64,000 nt of DNA from the human T2T-CHM13v2.0 reference genome, Homo sapiens. The translations under genes were made by a program, and so were the position numbers. The notes beneath the pieces were generated by a model. It worked only from the letters and a program-made list of their open reading frames with translations, was not told where the DNA came from and did not search any database. This document shows positions 61,515-64,000 of the stretch, in pieces. The stretch is from the NCBI RefSeq assembly GCF_009914755.1, contig NC_060942.1, one strand, 5' to 3'. Every line of letters begins with the position of its first letter. Position 1 is the first letter of the stretch.

Positions 61515-62728
61515 AAATTAAAGGTGAAGAGGTATTACACTTTATCAATTAAGTTTTTCATAGCAGTAATAGTTCCACTAGATTGTATGGATGTAGAACA
61601 TCAAAATAATACAAATTACATATGGAAATAATTTATAAAATATTACATATAACTCTTACAGAGCTTGAAGAATGGAGCAAATCTCCAGCCAGGAAAAGTC
61701 ACTAAAATTCCTTGTGTTTCTAAATGACCTATTATTTATGTCATTATTTAATATAAAGTGTGTAATGTTATTTGGAACAATAAGTGCTCTCATTTTTCGG
61801 TATGAAGTTACCATTATAAATGATTTTAAAGATGAAACTGAAAGAATAACATAAGTAAAAGTGAATTCCAAAGTAAACTTAAACGAATTAGACATTCTTC
61901 TGCTAGAAATCATCCTCAAAGCTTTACCTAACAACATTATTAAAGTGCATACTAGATTGGAAACTTATGATTAGATTTGGAGTGAAAAACATCATCTTGT
62001 GGCATGTACTTCTTGAAGATTTGGATATTTTAGATTAGCATTTGTGGCTCTTAAATTGATTTTTTTTCTTCTTCACTTATAAAAATAATAACCAGGAAGT
62101 ACAAGGTAAGATACGCAGCAGGCATTCACTTCATTTTATACATACTCACATATATATATGTGAACCCCAAGAAATCAATAGTTGTTAAAAATGTGGGAGA
62201 TAAGTAGGGCTTCTTTGGAAATATTTTTTTCAGAGAAACGAGAGGATTATTTGATTTTTATTTTTTATGCTAATTGGGGAAAAAAGGTAAAGGATGTGTA
62301 AATAGGATTCATATTTCTCATAGATTTGTTGTAAAATTTAATAGCATTAGTAAAAACTTGGATGGAGAAGACATTGCTTGAATGATTTTATGTTTCTCAG
62401 ATTATTCTTCACCAGGACTCTATGTAAATGACCACTAGACAAGAGAACTAGGTCTTAGACAGCTTAGTATAGTTTCCAGCATTGCACAGTTACTAATTGA
62501 TGAAGTCAGGAATGAAATCCAAGTCTGTGTAAATCCAAAACCTCTTCTATCTCTGTTGTAACACCTTACTGTGAGAGATTATCAAGAGGGCTGTGGAATT
62601 ATCTCTAAACCTCTTAAAATACATGGTGATTTTCAATCTTGCTTCAGAGTTGCAGAAAGTAGGGAATGTATTAAACATGTGATCTAAATATTAAGTATTG
62701 AAATAGAGTAAAAATGAATTCCTCATCT

Positions 62729-63094
62729 AACTTAGTCATTTCTGGCTGCTGTCACAGAATACTATGGGTTGAGTGGCTTAAACAATAGCTGTATTTCTCA
62801 AAGTTCTCAAGTCTGGAAGTCCAAGATTAGGTGCCAGTATGGCTGGGTTCTTGGTGGGGGCCCTCCTCCTAGTTCACAGTGGGCCATCTTCTCACTTATC
62901 TTCACATGGAGGAGAAGAGAGATCCGTTCCCTTCATCTCCTTATTAGTACACTATTCCCATCACAGGGGGTTCACTCTCATGACCTCATCTAAACCTGAT
63001 TACCTCCCAAACAGGCCACCTCCAAAAAGCACCCAATTTGGGATTAGGGCTTTAATACATGAATTTTGAGGGTACAGAGAGATTGTCCATAGCG
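62729..63094 (-). mobile_element. MLT1A-like MaLR solo LTR
   Basis: 'cttagtc...ggctgctgtcacagaatac...gtggcttaaacaa...ctggaagtccaagat...ctcatgacctcatctaaacctgattacctcccaaa...gtccatagc'. Confidence 0.85.
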
Positions 63095-63799
63095 TGATTA
63101 AACATTTTTTCTTCAAATATTATTACTCTTAACCTAAAGAGACGTTAAGTGCTGTGAAGACAGAAAAGGAGTTGATGACTGTACAGGCAACAAATAGAGC
63201 AAGGCTATGGCCACAGTGGATGCTGCCCTTGTCCATAGTGAACTCCATTCTTGCTGGATTTAAATACATTCAGGGCCATCTCCGGGAAGATTTTGTGTAG
63301 CACCTGCATTTGTGTTTTTATTGTGCTATTTCGATTTTTACGCATTTCTTCTGTAATACCCATCTTCTTATGCCTTAGGCTATTGCCACTCACTTTAGTG
63401 TCCTATTTTTAACTTGCAACTCTATTTATTTGGAGCTTACTTTCCTCTTTCCTAACCTGAGAATTTCTTTGTTAACACAATCTCTACTAAAATGAATGAC
63501 TCAAATATGGGCATTTTGTCCAGTGACCAAGACTTTGAGGTTATATTTGGAAGCATAGAAATTTTTTGCACGCTTACAATTATACTTTGAGAATGACTAC
63601 TTATTTTGTTACATCTAAGGGTCCTGGTAGCTTTACAGAAACACAGATTCTATGAGTCTTTAAAAAAACATAAGACCACTTATATTTATATTTTAATTTT
63701 AAATATTACAAAACAGAACAAAACAAAATTCAAAACAATTTCCAGTGCTTTCATTGTAAAAATGCCAACAAATTTAATGTCTAACATGTCACCTGCTGT

Positions 63800-63915
63800 A
63801 CTTTCCTCGTTACATAGATAGATAAGAAAATGAGGACCCAAATGGGCCAAAGGAATTTGACAAAGATCACAAAACTAATTAGCAGTGGAACTAAAATGCA
63901 AATCCAAGGCTGTCA
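63800..63915 (-). mobile_element. MIR SINE fragment
   Basis: 'agataagaaaatgaggaccca...aatttgacaaagatcacaaaactaattagcagtggaactaaaatgcaaatccaagg'. Confidence 0.7.
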
Positions 63916-64000
63916 TTTCCTTATCAATGTTCATTTCAATAAGTAATATTGACTTTTTAGAAAGTCAAGTTATGAAGCTCTAGAAGAGACACGTAACAAC

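Noticed and set aside
63190-63320. Possible hAT MITE termini (caaggcta..., cagggcca...)
   Set aside because: No paired terminal inverted repeat or TSD could be found.

Overview
AT-rich, CpG-poor, non-coding genomic DNA from a simian primate. It is human-like: AluJ, AluS, L1PA, THE1 and MST are present and no AluY was seen. It reads as deep intron or gene desert. I find no convincing host protein-coding exon, RNA gene, CpG island or CRISPR array. The only ORFs resembling real proteins are broken LINE-1 ORF2p fragments (31.8-40.4 kb); the other ORFs are chance, Alu-derived or microsatellite-derived. The centre (28.4-42.7 kb) is one ancient L1ME-like element inflated to about 14 kb by nested younger insertions. 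I did not find a new multi-gene system. The most unusual signals are DNA-repair or template-switch scars: a perfect 23-bp hairpin with a third arm at 49.0 kb that has pre-miRNA-like geometry; an exact 22-bp copy of sequence from 3.3 kb away sitting in the loop of a (CA)/(TG) palindrome at 11.8 kb; and a 5'-inverted L1 associated with loss of host sequence. A few unique segments have enhancer-like or splice-signal-like content. Repeat subfamily names come from recalled consensus sequences and need RepeatMasker/Dfam confirmation.
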